64,000 nt of DNA from Gammaproteobacteria bacterium (GTDB lineage: Bacteria; Pseudomonadota; Gammaproteobacteria; Steroidobacterales; Rariloculaceae): the NCBI GenBank assembly GCA_050485685.1, contig JBJHBW010000002.1, positions 86,680 to 150,679 of the forward strand, read 5' to 3'. Shown here in pieces: positions 39,132 to 49,014 of the stretch. The translations under genes and the position numbers were made by a program. The stretch's first letter is position 1. Each line of letters opens with the position of its first letter. The notes below the pieces were generated by a model, which was not told the origin of the DNA, searched no databases, and saw only the letters and a list, made by a program, of their open reading frames with translations.

Positions 39132-41564
39132 CTATGGCTGCCGTGCCTGAAACGCCCCGGAACTACGGGACGCCACGGCCTGCTGGTGTTCGTCCGGCCC
39201 CTGGTGCCTGAAGGCATCGCTGTGCACGATGCCCTTGATCAGCGCACTCAGCGTGTAGTCGCTCGCAGCCGCGTCGCGCACGATCTGCCGCACCTGCGGC
39301 ATGTCAAAGTATTCGATCTCGCGGTTGAGCGCGTACATCATCAGGCGCTTGGTTACGGACATCGGGAACTGGTCGGGCCGGCTGGTCAGGTAGCGGCGCA
39401 GCTCCACCGGCCCGGTCAGCGTGATGCCGCTGGACAGCGTCGTGCTGGCATCAATGGTCGCCTGCGCTTCGCGGTCGAAGTCGCGCCAGCGGCCGATGCT
39501 GTCGAAGTTCTCGAGTGCGAGGCCGGGCGGATCGATCACGCCGTGACAGCCCTGGCAGGACGGGTTGTCGCGATGCTCCTCAAGTCGCTCACGGATCGTG
39601 GTGATCACATCACCTTCCTCGACGATGGACAGATCCGTCTCCACGCCCGGCGGCGGCGGCGCCGGCGGCGTGCCCAGGATGCGCTCCAGAATCCAGGTGC
39701 CGCGCAACACCGGGGAGGTGCGGTCGGCGAACGAGGTGTGCATCAGCACAGCGCCCTTGCCCAGCAGGCCGAAACGGTTCTCGTCCTCCAGCGTCACGCG
39801 CCGGAACTGACCGCCGTAGACGCCGGAAATCCCGTAGTGCCGTGCGAGCGCCTCGTTGACATAGGTCCAGTCGGCATCGATGAGGTCGACGATGCTGCGA
39901 TCCTCGAGCAGAACGCTGGCAAGAAACCGGCGGATCTCGGTCTCGAAATTGACGCGCAGTGCGGTATTGAACGCCGGGTCCGTGGGTTCCACCCGATCCA
40001 GCTCGTCCAGGTTCAGCCACGCCAGCGCGAAGTTCTCCACCAGCGCATTGGCGCGCGGATCGGCGAGCATGCGGTCGACCTGCGCACTCATCACGGCCGG
40101 GTCGGACAGTCGCCTGTCGGCCGCCAGTTCAAGCAGCACCTCGTCCGGACCGGTGCTCCACAGGAAATACGACAGCCGCGTGGCCAGTTCCAGATCGGTC
40201 AGCAGGCGAGTCTCGTTCGGATCCGGCGAGGCCGGGATTGCGCGGTACAGGAAGTCCGGGCTGGACAGGATCGCGGTCACCAGCTCGGTCACACCCGCGT
40301 CGAACCCGCCGGCCTCGGCGCGGCCCATCTCGTAGAACCGCATCAACGGCTCCAGATCATCGTCCGTCACCGGCCGACGAAATGCCTGGGTGGCCATGTG
40401 CCGCGCAATGCTCAGCGCACAGGCGCTTTCTTCTGCCACCGTGGACGGCTCGCAGACGAAGATCCGGTCACGACTGTCGCTGGCCGACAGCCCTCTGGGC
40501 TGGTGCGGTCCCTCGATTTCTATTGCGGTCTGCAGGATGGGCACGTCCGTGACCATCCCGCCGCCGGTGGCCGCATTGCTCAGTGCACGGGAGCGCTGGA
40601 TGAAGGTCATGACCACGTCGCGACGGCCCGCCCTGACGAACGCCGAGCTCGCCACCATGTCCAGCAGCGCCAGCTTGCCGGCCGGGCCGTCCCGGTCGGC
40701 GATGTCGAGAAACTCCGGACCGCCCACCTGCCGGCGCACGACCTCCTCGCCGTCGATCAGCAGGACGAGTGTGGCCTCGGTCTGCACGCCGCGCGGATAC
40801 AGGCCCCAATCGAGAAAGTTCTCGTCCGGGATGAGAAAGTGATACTCGCCGTCGGCCGGAAACACATGCGTGAAACGAATGCCGCCGCGCGCCGTGCCAC
40901 CACGCGTGCCGAGCGGAAAATCGGCCGCGGACGCGGGCGTGACCGGAATGGTCACCCGCTGCAGCCTGGGCACCGGTTCGCCCACCGCGAGGCGGACGGC
41001 GCGGCGTACGGCCGAGAGGTACTGTTCCATGAATGATGGCGACATGGACAGGGCTTCGGCGATGTTGCTGAACCCCTCCACCTGGACCTCGGTGGGCAGC
41101 GTCGTCCTGGCGCCGATGTCCACACCGATCAGCGACTCCAGCGTTGCCGACAGCTCCGTACGGGAAAGCCTGTGTATGGGTACATGGCCCACGCGGGCAC
41201 GTTCACCGGAGACCCGGTCCAGCGTGGTTTCCAGGAAATCGATCAGCGTATCGACATCGTCCTGCGCCGGCTGCGGCGATCCGGCCGGCGGCATGAGCCG
41301 GCCGCGCATCTTGTGCACGACACTTTCCCAGGCGTGCGCATCCTCCGCCGCGTGTGTGATGTCCAGGATGTCCAGAGCCAGGCCGCCGGCCCAGTCGACC
41401 ACATTGTGGCAATTCATGCAGTGCGTATCGACGAGCTGCGCGAGCGCGCGGGCCGTATCGCCGTTGGCTGCGTCCTGCGCCTGAGTGCCGCCGCCCCACA
41501 GGGCGAACACAGTGAGCCCCGCCAGCCTCAGCGAATGTGCGACAGATGTCCCGGCCTTGCGCAT
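39132..41564 (-). CDS. DUF1587/1595/1592/1588/1585 c-type cytochrome protein
   Basis: CMNCH, MPPAG, RLSRTE, ELATRLSYFLWS, RTSPVLRG, CQGCH, LENFDSIGRWR, YALNRE. Confidence 0.85.
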   Translation of the reverse strand: MRKAGTSVAHSLRLAGLTVFALWGGGTQAQDAANGDTARALAQLVDTHCMNCHNVVDWAGGLALDILDITHAAEDAHAWESVVHKMRGRLMPPAGSPQPAQDDVDTLIDFLETTLDRVSGERARVGHVPIHRLSRTELSATLESLIGVDIGARTTLPTEVQVEGFSNIAEALSMSPSFMEQYLSAVRRAVRLAVGEPVPRLQRVTIPVTPASAADFPLGTRGGTARGGIRFTHVFPADGEYHFLIPDENFLDWGLYPRGVQTEATLVLLIDGEEVVRRQVGGPEFLDIADRDGPAGKLALLDMVASSAFVRAGRRDVVMTFIQRSRALSNAATGGGMVTDVPILQTAIEIEGPHQPRGLSASDSRDRIFVCEPSTVAEESACALSIARHMATQAFRRPVTDDDLEPLMRFYEMGRAEAGGFDAGVTELVTAILSSPDFLYRAIPASPDPNETRLLTDLELATRLSYFLWSTGPDEVLLELAADRRLSDPAVMSAQVDRMLADPRANALVENFALAWLNLDELDRVEPTDPAFNTALRVNFETEIRRFLASVLLEDRSIVDLIDADWTYVNEALARHYGISGVYGGQFRRVTLEDENRFGLLGKGAVLMHTSFADRTSPVLRGTWILERILGTPPAPPPPGVETDLSIVEEGDVITTIRERLEEHRDNPSCQGCHGVIDPPGLALENFDSIGRWRDFDREAQATIDASTTLSSGITLTGPVELRRYLTSRPDQFPMSVTKRLMMYALNREIEYFDMPQVRQIVRDAAASDYTLSALIKGIVHSDAFRHQGPDEHQQAVASRSSGAFQARQP

Positions 41565-41780
41565 GTGCTCCCCCGTCTTTCGGGCATCCTGCTTCGGCAC
41601 GGGCGCCTCAGGGAGCCTTCAGAAGCAGCAAGGCGCCAGCATAGAAGCACTTGCGCCTTCAAGTCCAATCCGGATGTTGAACGACCTGGACCGGCTGCAG
41701 ACCATGCATCCGCAAGACCGGGGCGTTGGCATCACGTTCCAGGTGGCAGCACGGGGCGGTACCACCGCGCGGATCTGGGC

Positions 41781-41786
41781 TATAAT
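41781..41786 (+). promoter_or_regulatory. Sigma70 -10 element for cytochrome c5 gene
   Basis: Perfect TATAAT ~30 bp before TTG start in GC-rich context. Confidence 0.5.
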
Positions 41787-41817
41787 CGCCCGCCGCACCC
41801 CTAGCGAGGCAGCATCG

Positions 41818-42327
41818 TTGCGTAATCACGACGAACAATTCTTTGACAGCTTCGTGCTTGTTATCGGCATTCTTGTCGGCATCACGGTTGGCGTGTTCTT
41901 CCTCACCCGCTATATCTCGGACCACACACAGGCCGTGTTCGTAAAGGAAGATCCGCGCATCATTGCCGCCATCGACGAACGCACGCGCCCGCTGGGACGC
42001 GTTGTGCTGATGGGCGACGAAGAGCTGTCCGCGGCGCCCGCGATTGCAGAAGCGCCGGCACCGGCCGCAGCGCCGATGACGGGGCCCCAGGTCTATAACT
42101 CCGCCTGCACGATCTGCCACGGCACGGGAGTCGGCGGCGCGCCGGTCACCGGCGACGTGGCGGCCTGGGCACCGCGTCTGGAGCAGGGCATGGAAGTGCT
42201 GATCCGGCATTCCATCGAGGGCTTTACCGGAGACGCCGGCTTCATGCCTCCCAAGGGCGGCCGTGTGGACCTGTCGGACGAAGAGGTCATCGGCGCCACC
42301 GAATATATGATCGAACAGTCGCGCTGA
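41818..42327 (+). CDS. Membrane-anchored cytochrome c5
   Basis: N-terminal TM, CTICH, GAP..GD..AW.PR, MPPKGG; TTG start inferred. Confidence 0.88.
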   Translation: MRNHDEQFFDSFVLVIGILVGITVGVFFLTRYISDHTQAVFVKEDPRIIAAIDERTRPLGRVVLMGDEELSAAPAIAEAPAPAAAPMTGPQVYNSACTICHGTGVGGAPVTGDVAAWAPRLEQGMEVLIRHSIEGFTGDAGFMPPKGGRVDLSDEEVIGATEYMIEQSR

Positions 42328-42353
42328 CCCCGATCACCAGCACCTGGGGTCGA

Positions 42354-43361
42354 TCAACGCCCGAGCCGCTGCTGCCAGCGCACCGCCGTCTCGACGATCT
42401 CGTCTAACCCCGTGAACCTCGCGCGCCAGCCCAGCTGTTGCGCGGCGAGGCTCACGTCGGCGATCAGCACCGGCGGGTCGCCGGGCCGTCGCGGACTGGC
42501 GATGACGGGAACGTCCCTGCCGGTCACGCGCGCAACCGAGTCGATGACTTCGCGCACGCTGAAGCCGCCTCCGGTGCCGAGATTCAGCGCGCCCGAGTCG
42601 CCTCCGGAACGCAGATGCCGAAGCGCACGCACGTGCGCTTCGGCGAGATCCGTCACATGCACGTAGTCGCGCACAGCGGTGCCGTCGGGGGTGGGGTAAT
42701 CGGTGCCGAAGATCCTGACGTCGGGCTGGAAACCGAGCGCCGCGCTGATCACCAGCGGAATCAGATGCGTCTCCGGATCATGGTCCTCGCCAATCTCGGC
42801 GTCCGGATCGGCGCCCGCCGCATTGAAATATCGCAGTGCCATCCACTGATAGTCGTGGCATTCGCCGAACCAGCGCAGGATACGCTCACCGAGGAGCTTG
42901 GACTCACCATAGGGATTGATCGGCGCCTGCGGCGTTGCCTCCGAAATTGGCAGCTGCTCGGGGATCCCATAGGTCGCGCAGCTTGATGAGAACACGATCG
43001 TGCGGACGTCGCAGGCCTGCATCGCCTCGAGCAGGCTGAGTGTGCCGGCCACGTTGTTGCGAAAGTACTTCGCCGGATTGCTCATCGACTCGCCAACATA
43101 GGCGTGCGCCGCGAAATGAATCACCGCGTCGATACCATGCGTGCGCAGCACGCTCTCCAGTGCAGCACGATCGCCGATGCTTCCTTGAACGAATGGCCCC
43201 CAGCGCACCGCTTCGCGATGTCCGGCGCTGAGGTCGTCGAGAACGACAGGCCGGTGTCCGGCGGCTGCGAGCGCTTTCGCAGTGTGCGAGCCGATGTAAC
43301 CGGCTCCGCCGGTCACGAGCACATTGAGCTGATCCATAGCGATACCGGCAACCTGCGTCAT
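42354..43361 (-). CDS. galE: UDP-glucose 4-epimerase
   Basis: [39 protein letters not shown]. Confidence 0.92.
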   Translation of the reverse strand: MTQVAGIAMDQLNVLVTGGAGYIGSHTAKALAAAGHRPVVLDDLSAGHREAVRWGPFVQGSIGDRAALESVLRTHGIDAVIHFAAHAYVGESMSNPAKYFRNNVAGTLSLLEAMQACDVRTIVFSSSCATYGIPEQLPISEATPQAPINPYGESKLLGERILRWFGECHDYQWMALRYFNAAGADPDAEIGEDHDPETHLIPLVISAALGFQPDVRIFGTDYPTPDGTAVRDYVHVTDLAEAHVRALRHLRSGGDSGALNLGTGGGFSVREVIDSVARVTGRDVPVIASPRRPGDPPVLIADVSLAAQQLGWRARFTGLDEIVETAVRWQQRLGR

Positions 43362-44335
43362 CTGCCTGCGAGGCCGCGCTTCAGCAAGCTGTCAAAATAC
43401 GCGATGGTCTTCTCAAGGCCTTCGCGCAGCGGGATTTTCGGCTCCCAGCCCAGTGTCTCGCGAGCGCGACGGATGTCGGGCTGACGCCGCAGCGGATCGT
43501 CCTGCGGAAGCGGGCGATAGACGAGTTCCGACTTCGAGTCGGTGAGCTCCAGGACCAGTTCAGCAAGCTCGCGGATCGTGAACTCGGTCGGGTTGCCGAG
43601 GTTGATCGGGCCGGTCAGTGCCGCGTCACTGTTCATCAGGCGGATCAGCCCGTCGACCAGCTCGTCTACGTAACAGAAGGAGCGCGTCTGTTCCCCGTCG
43701 CCGAACAGCGTGATCGGTTCGTTACGCAGCGCCTGCATGATGAAGCTGCTGACAACGCGGCCATCGTTCGGATGCATGTTCGGGCCGTAGGTGTTGAAGA
43801 TTCTGGCCACCTTGATCTCGAGCCCGTGCTGGCGATGGTAGTCGAAGAACAGTGTTTCGGCGCATCGCTTGCCTTCGTCATAGCAGGCGCGCACGCCGAG
43901 TGGATTTACGTTGCCCCAGTACGCTTCGGGCTGCGGATGCACGGTCGGGTCGCCATAAACCTCGCTGGTCGAGGCCTGAAGGATCCGGGCACGCACGCGC
44001 TTGGCGAGCCCGAGCATGTTGATCGCGCCGTGCACACTGGTTTTCGTGGTCTGCACCGGATCGAACTGATAATGGATCGGTGACGCCGGGCAGGCGAGAT
44101 TGTAGATCTGATCGACTTCGACGTAGAGCGGAAACGTGATGTCGTGCCGCATCAGCTCGAAGGACTCCGCATGCAGCAGACCGGCCAGGTTTTCCTTGCT
44201 GCCGGTAAAAAAATTGTCGGCGCACAGCACATCGTCGCCGCGCTCGAGGAGCCGCTGGCACAGGTGCGAGCCGATGAAGCCGGCGCCGCCGGTCACCAGG
44301 ACTCGATTTCTGAGACTATAGGTTCGTGCTGCCAT
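43358..44335 (-). CDS. UDP-glucuronate decarboxylase (UDP-xylose synthase family)
   Basis: [35 protein letters not shown]. Confidence 0.92.
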   Translation of the reverse strand: MAARTYSLRNRVLVTGGAGFIGSHLCQRLLERGDDVLCADNFFTGSKENLAGLLHAESFELMRHDITFPLYVEVDQIYNLACPASPIHYQFDPVQTTKTSVHGAINMLGLAKRVRARILQASTSEVYGDPTVHPQPEAYWGNVNPLGVRACYDEGKRCAETLFFDYHRQHGLEIKVARIFNTYGPNMHPNDGRVVSSFIMQALRNEPITLFGDGEQTRSFCYVDELVDGLIRLMNSDAALTGPINLGNPTEFTIRELAELVLELTDSKSELVYRPLPQDDPLRRQPDIRRARETLGWEPKIPLREGLEKTIAYFDSLLKRGLAGR

Positions 44336-44439
44336 GCCGTGTCGCCGGTGACGTTTCGGCGTTGCACTTTACAGCGCGAGGCCGGTTATCGCGAGCTTCC
44401 CATTCAGATCGCGAATCCGGCAAAACTCCTGATGCAGAT

Positions 44440-44516
44440 TGGCGCGCCCGACAGGATTCGAACCTGTGACCTTCGGCTCCGGAGGCCGACACTCTATCCA
44501 GCTGAGCTACGGGCGC
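44440..44516 (-). tRNA. tRNA-Arg(CCG)
   Basis: Reverse strand GCGCCCGTAGCTCAGCTGGATAGAG-TCGGC-CTCCGGA-GCCGA..GGTTCGAATCC..GGGCGCGCCA, 77 nt with CCA. Confidence 0.97.
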
Positions 44517-44691
44517 GGATTGGATTCAGGCTTGCATGCCCGGCAACCCCTGAGTGGCCCGGCATGCCACACCTCAATGACGTGGAGCGGATTCTACCTC
44601 ACGCCGAGGCCAGTCCGCCCGGTCCCGGCAGCGAGCATGGCGGCACTCAGACCCTGGAATCGGTTCCGTCGCCTGAACCTTTCAGCCGTCT

Positions 44692-44943
44692 CTACTGCTG
44701 CCACGCATACCAGAGCGATTCGAACTCGGCACGCGTCACGTTGCTTTCGAGCATGGCAGCCGAGAGCCGGGCCAGACCGAACCAGCCGGGGCTGTCATGG
44801 CTGGGCACCAGCTGGTGCAGGATCGAACCGTCGGCATCCACACCGACCTCCCTGCACACGAAGCCGTCTTCGTCGACTTCCGTATACAGCGCCCACATAT
44901 CGAGCGTCGCCAGTTCCGTTGGTGTCCACCTGAGATAAAACAT
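44692..44943 (-). CDS. Small acidic hypothetical protein (DUF6881-like)
   Basis: Y.RW...LYTEVDEDG...REV...DG...VTRAEFESLW pattern; family recalled, not searched. Confidence 0.5.
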   Translation of the reverse strand: MFYLRWTPTELATLDMWALYTEVDEDGFVCREVGVDADGSILHQLVPSHDSPGWFGLARLSAAMLESNVTRAEFESLWYAWQQ

Positions 44944-45053
44944 CCCTGTACACCCTGAGTGCAAGGTGCCATACGCAACCGACAGGCGGTCACGCCCCGT
45001 TATACTTTGCATCGCGGCGAGCGTCGCCGGATGCGGTCGCGCTGCGGCCGCTT

Positions 45054-45305
45054 CTAGCGGCGTTCGCGCGGGCGGGCTTCGTTGATGCGCAGTGCCCTGC
45101 CGCCCACTTCCTTGCCGTTAAGCTGCGCTATCGCTTCTTCAGCTTCGCGCTGGTTGGGCATTTCCACGAACCCGAAACCCCGGGATCGCCCGGTCTCACG
45201 ATCGGAAAGAATCTTTACCGACGCGACTTCACCGTAGGCACTGAATGCCTCGTGAAGTTCGGACTCGGTCATGCCATAGGAAAGATTACCAACATAGATA
45301 TTCAT
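45054..45305 (-). CDS. RRM RNA-binding protein
   Basis: RNP2 IYVGNL, RNP1 RGFGFVEM, NEARPR. Confidence 0.95.
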   Translation of the reverse strand: MNIYVGNLSYGMTESELHEAFSAYGEVASVKILSDRETGRSRGFGFVEMPNQREAEEAIAQLNGKEVGGRALRINEARPRERR

Positions 45306-45546
45306 CAAAGGCGCTCTCACGCCGTTTGGAACAGCTAGCGACTCAACCAACGGCGTGAAATCGAGCGCTAATCGGTCAGCAGACCAACGACTGGCTGAAG
45401 TGTGTTTGGCTGATAGTCAGGTAAAAGTGTTATTTGAATACCGACTGCTAGACCGCCCGACACCCGCATTGCCAAAGGCAACAGCCAGACTCTACGACCG
45501 GCAGGATTGTCGGTCAATCCCGAGTTCGTCAGGGAATCCGCTGCTT

Positions 45547-46002
45547 TCAGCGATGGCCGCCGTGACGGTCGCGGGCGCCCGGGCGGATACCGAACACAGC
45601 CATGCTGCTGTAGAGCAGGGTCAGCAGCGGCACGGCCAGCCAGATGAAGAAGCCCGGATGGAACGTCAGCCCGCTAACCGGCAATCCTCCGGCGCGGGCA
45701 AGATCCCCGGCGTTGAGACTCGTCAGCCCGAGAATCAGGCTCACAGCCGAGATGATCACGGCCGTGCGCACATACCCCACTGCCAACGTAACCAGTGCCA
45801 CGAGCATCGCCGGATTCGCGTACCAGCTGTAGATGCCGTATTCGCCGGCTTCCCATCCACGGCGCAACAGGGTGAGGCCGGACAGACGCGGGCCACTGCC
45901 AACGGTCACTGCCGGCATCGTCAGTGCAATCAGGTAGAGCACCGCGAGCAGCATGGCTGCTGCCAGCTGGCCCTGCCGGGTGAACAGCCGGTCCAAGCTC
46001 AC
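45547..46002 (-). CDS. Hypothetical 4-TM membrane protein
   Basis: Hydrophobic helices, W.ANP and PGFFIW motifs. Confidence 0.6.
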   Translation of the reverse strand: MSLDRLFTRQGQLAAAMLLAVLYLIALTMPAVTVGSGPRLSGLTLLRRGWEAGEYGIYSWYANPAMLVALVTLAVGYVRTAVIISAVSLILGLTSLNAGDLARAGGLPVSGLTFHPGFFIWLAVPLLTLLYSSMAVFGIRPGARDRHGGHR

Positions 46003-46059
46003 GCCACCATCCCTGACCCTGGACGCGGACCGGCACGGCCTGGCGGGCGGTCTATGCCG

Positions 46060-46539
46060 TCAGGGACTGCCCGGCTCCAGGCGCGAGATGCGTAGGTCGG
46101 TTTCATCGACGGGCTGATCCGGACCGTAGTCAATGAAGATCTCCAGCGGATATCCCAGCTCCTCGTGATAGCGCACACGTACGGTGGCGGCGCGCGCGAG
46201 ACCGCTTTCGACCAGCGCGAACAGATCCGGCACGGTCCGATACCACTGGAAATTGTCTTCGGCCACCGTGACATCGAAGTCCGCACCATGCGGCCTGTGA
46301 CGCACATCGGTGACGACACCGTCGCGCACCGTCACCAGGGTTTCCGGCGGGGTTTCCGGGTTGCATTCGCAGAACCTGCGATAGCCGTAGCGATAGTCGC
46401 TGATTCCTGCTGCCGTCCAGCGCGCCTTGCTGGCTTCAAGCGCCTGCCGATCCGCAATGGCGGTGCCGGCGCTGAGCAGCAAGGTCAGGCCAAGCACGAT
46501 GCTCAGCAGCCATGCTGTGCAAAAACCCATAGCGCGCAT
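46060..46539 (-). CDS. DUF6174-like exported protein
   Basis: Signal, ARW.AAGISDY.Y...CEC, TV.DLF, Y.EELGYP; start uncertain. Confidence 0.7.
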   Translation of the reverse strand: MRAMGFCTAWLLSIVLGLTLLLSAGTAIADRQALEASKARWTAAGISDYRYGYRRFCECNPETPPETLVTVRDGVVTDVRHRPHGADFDVTVAEDNFQWYRTVPDLFALVESGLARAATVRVRYHEELGYPLEIFIDYGPDQPVDETDLRISRLEPGSP

Positions 46540-46577
46540 CTTGCGAAATTCTCTCACCACCCTGGTTCTCCCCGGAT

Positions 46578-46754
46578 TCAGTCAAGCACGCAGTGACGAG
46601 CATATTCCATCGCATCGTTGGCGCTCCAGTCACCGGCCGGTCGTTCATCCATGCGCTCGCACCATCGATCACTACCGACTTCCGGTTCACAACCGGCAAG
46701 GCCGAAGACGAACAGCAGCAACAGCGTAACAGGCAGAATACGGACTTTGTTCAT
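46578..46754 (-). CDS. DUF3012-like lipoprotein (58 aa, absent from ORF track)
   Basis: MNKVRILPVTLLLLFVFGLAGCEPEVGSDRWCERMDERPAGDWSANDAMEYARHCVLD; lipobox LAGC; GGAG SD. Confidence 0.85.
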   Translation of the reverse strand: MNKVRILPVTLLLLFVFGLAGCEPEVGSDRWCERMDERPAGDWSANDAMEYARHCVLD

Positions 46755-46784
46755 GATTCTTACTCCGCAATCGGATTCGTGGTT

Positions 46785-47846
46785 CTAATCCTGCACCAGC
46801 CCGGCGTCGAGAAACAGCTGCACTTCAGAGAACAGCTGCTGTCGGTTCGGCTCCAGCAACAGGGTGTGGGTGCCGCCACCGATCACCACCAGCCGCTTCT
46901 CGGGCGCATTGTGAAGTTGCGCGAGCAACGCGACGGACATGCTGATCGGCGTATCCACATCCCATTCGCCCACCGCGAGCAGCACCGGCACCTGAATATC
47001 GGCCGGGCTGTAGAACGGGATGCCTCGTGACCAGTACCTCGCGCTGTCCTCGAGCACGCCGTTCGGCGCGCGTACCACCGGATCGGTCAGGGCCGCACCG
47101 ACCGGATCTGCGGCGAGGTTCTCCCGCCACCACGCATCGAACCAGCCGTCGGGCAGGAAGGTCTCGCGCTGTGCCGCCGGCACGCCCGCCAGCCAGCGGG
47201 TTCTCGCCGCATCGCGGTTAACGGTCCTGTACGCTCCGATCCCCGAGCTGCCGGCGTCGGCAGCTGAACCTGCCAGCGGTGAGGGGCCGTCGCGCAGCCA
47301 GATCGGCGCGAACAGCACCAGCCGCTGCACGCGATCGGGATTCGCAGCCGTATAGGCGGATGTGGTCACCGTGCCCCAGGACCAGCCCATCACATTCAGC
47401 GCGTCTATGTTCCGGCGTGCGAGCACGAAGTCCACTGCCGTGCCGAAATCACGTACGGCGACATCCGTGGTGACGATGGGCGGACTGGCCTGCGGCGGCT
47501 GCTCCATCTCCGGCGGCCGCGTCGACCGGCCATAGCCGCGAAGGTCCAGCATCCACACGTCGTAACCATGCGAGGCGATGTAGTCCATCCACGACCAGCC
47601 GTCCAGCCGCAGATCGAAAGTGACCTCGGCCGGATAGGTCGCACCGTGCACGAACAACAGCGTGCGTTCGGGGCTGAACTGCGTCATCCCGGCCGGGTGC
47701 CGGTTGCGCATGTACAGATACACATCGGGCGTATCGGCCGGCACGCGGAACGATTCACCGACCAGTTCCGCGTCACGCGGCTGCGCGAACACCGATGCGG
47801 CGACAAACGTCATGATCAGTACCGCGAGGAACCGAATCGTCATCAT
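46785..47846 (-). CDS. Exported alpha/beta hydrolase
   Basis: Signal, FVHGAT, DLRGYGRS, GWSWG nucleophile, GEWD, GTH. Confidence 0.85.
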   Translation of the reverse strand: MMTIRFLAVLIMTFVAASVFAQPRDAELVGESFRVPADTPDVYLYMRNRHPAGMTQFSPERTLLFVHGATYPAEVTFDLRLDGWSWMDYIASHGYDVWMLDLRGYGRSTRPPEMEQPPQASPPIVTTDVAVRDFGTAVDFVLARRNIDALNVMGWSWGTVTTSAYTAANPDRVQRLVLFAPIWLRDGPSPLAGSAADAGSSGIGAYRTVNRDAARTRWLAGVPAAQRETFLPDGWFDAWWRENLAADPVGAALTDPVVRAPNGVLEDSARYWSRGIPFYSPADIQVPVLLAVGEWDVDTPISMSVALLAQLHNAPEKRLVVIGGGTHTLLLEPNRQQLFSEVQLFLDAGLVQD

Positions 47847-47937
47847 CCGACGCAGGGCGCGGTCTTGCAGGATGTGATGTCGCCGGGCGAGATCACGGGG
47901 TTCCTGATTCAGCATGCTTTCATCCTCCGGTCATTCG

Positions 47938-49014
47938 TCACGGTTCACGCCGGTGAATGACGAGCTTTCCCTTGGGCCGCTTGTGGCCTTCCTTATCCTT
48001 ATACATGGCGCGATCGGCAGCATTCAGTATCTCTTCCGGTGTTTTCCCGTCGTTCGGGTACACCGCGACACCGGCACTGACCTGCACGCGCAGGATCGTG
48101 GTATCGAGCTCCAGTGTGGTCGCGAACACGACGTTACGTATGCGCTGAGCAACCTCGCTGGCGATGATACGGTCCGCGTTCTTGAGCAGCAGCACAAATT
48201 CATCGCCCGCAAAGCGGGCGCAGATATCGGCGCTGCGTGTCAGACGGCTCAGCGCACCGGCCACCAGCTTCAGCGCACGATTACCTGCTTCGTGACCGAA
48301 ACGGTCGTTGATGGACTTCAGATTGTCCACGTCTATCATCAGCACCGCATACGGCAGCTGGCCGTGCGCCGCGAGGTCGTGTTCGCGCTTTGCCAGGCGG
48401 GTGAATGCGCGCAGGTTGTAGAGAGAAGTGAGCTCGTCACGCTCGGCGAGTTCGCGTATGCGCTCCTTGGCCGTATGCATGTTGTCGGCCAGCAGACTGG
48501 CAAGAAACGCCACGAGCACGAAAGGCGCCATCACACCGATGGCCTGATGGCGCAGCAGCGCAGCGAACTCGCCTTCGCCTGCAACCAGCGCCAGCAGTGC
48601 GATGTGGCAGGCGAAGACCAGCAGAATGACCAGCACCGTCGCACGCTTGCCCAGCGCCAGTGCGGCCGTGATGATGGGCAACAGGAAGAGATTGGTCATT
48701 GCGCCGGTCTGCGCGCCGGACAGGCCCAGCACGCCGGTCAGGAACGCAACCATCACGACGATCTCGGCGCCGATCTTGATACGCGGGCGTGCCGTCAGCA
48801 GCTTGCCGTACTGGAACACGATGACGAACGCGGCAAACGCAATCACCATCGCTATCAGCAGAGGTGTCTGCGCCAGCGCCGGCTGGGTGGTGATCAGATA
48901 GAGCATCACGAGCAGCAGCAGAAGCCACTCCACTTCCGCCAGACTGCGCGCGAAACCGCGCAGCTGCGCCTGCTCTATCTCCTGTTCTCGGCGCGCCGGA
49001 TCGGCGCTCATCAC
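47938..49014 (-). CDS. Membrane diguanylate cyclase (AGDEF variant)
   Basis: TM helices, DELTSLYN, IDVDNLKSINDRFGHEAG, RSAD I-site, RFAGDEF. Confidence 0.88.
   Translation of the reverse strand: MMSADPARREQEIEQAQLRGFARSLAEVEWLLLLLVMLYLITTQPALAQTPLLIAMVIAFAAFVIVFQYGKLLTARPRIKIGAEIVVMVAFLTGVLGLSGAQTGAMTNLFLLPIITAALALGKRATVLVILLVFACHIALLALVAGEGEFAALLRHQAIGVMAPFVLVAFLASLLADNMHTAKERIRELAERDELTSLYNLRAFTRLAKREHDLAAHGQLPYAVLMIDVDNLKSINDRFGHEAGNRALKLVAGALSRLTRSADICARFAGDEFVLLLKNADRIIASEVAQRIRNVVFATTLELDTTILRVQVSAGVAVYPNDGKTPEEILNAADRAMYKDKEGHKRPKGKLVIHRREP

Noticed and set aside
41600-41760. Inverted repeats upstream of the DUF1592 gene as a riboswitch
   Set aside because: Short 7-bp stems are expected by chance at this GC, and no aptamer consensus was recognised
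44400-44516. tRNA-Arg as an integration site
   Set aside because: No duplicate of the tRNA 3' end and no integrase seen in the window
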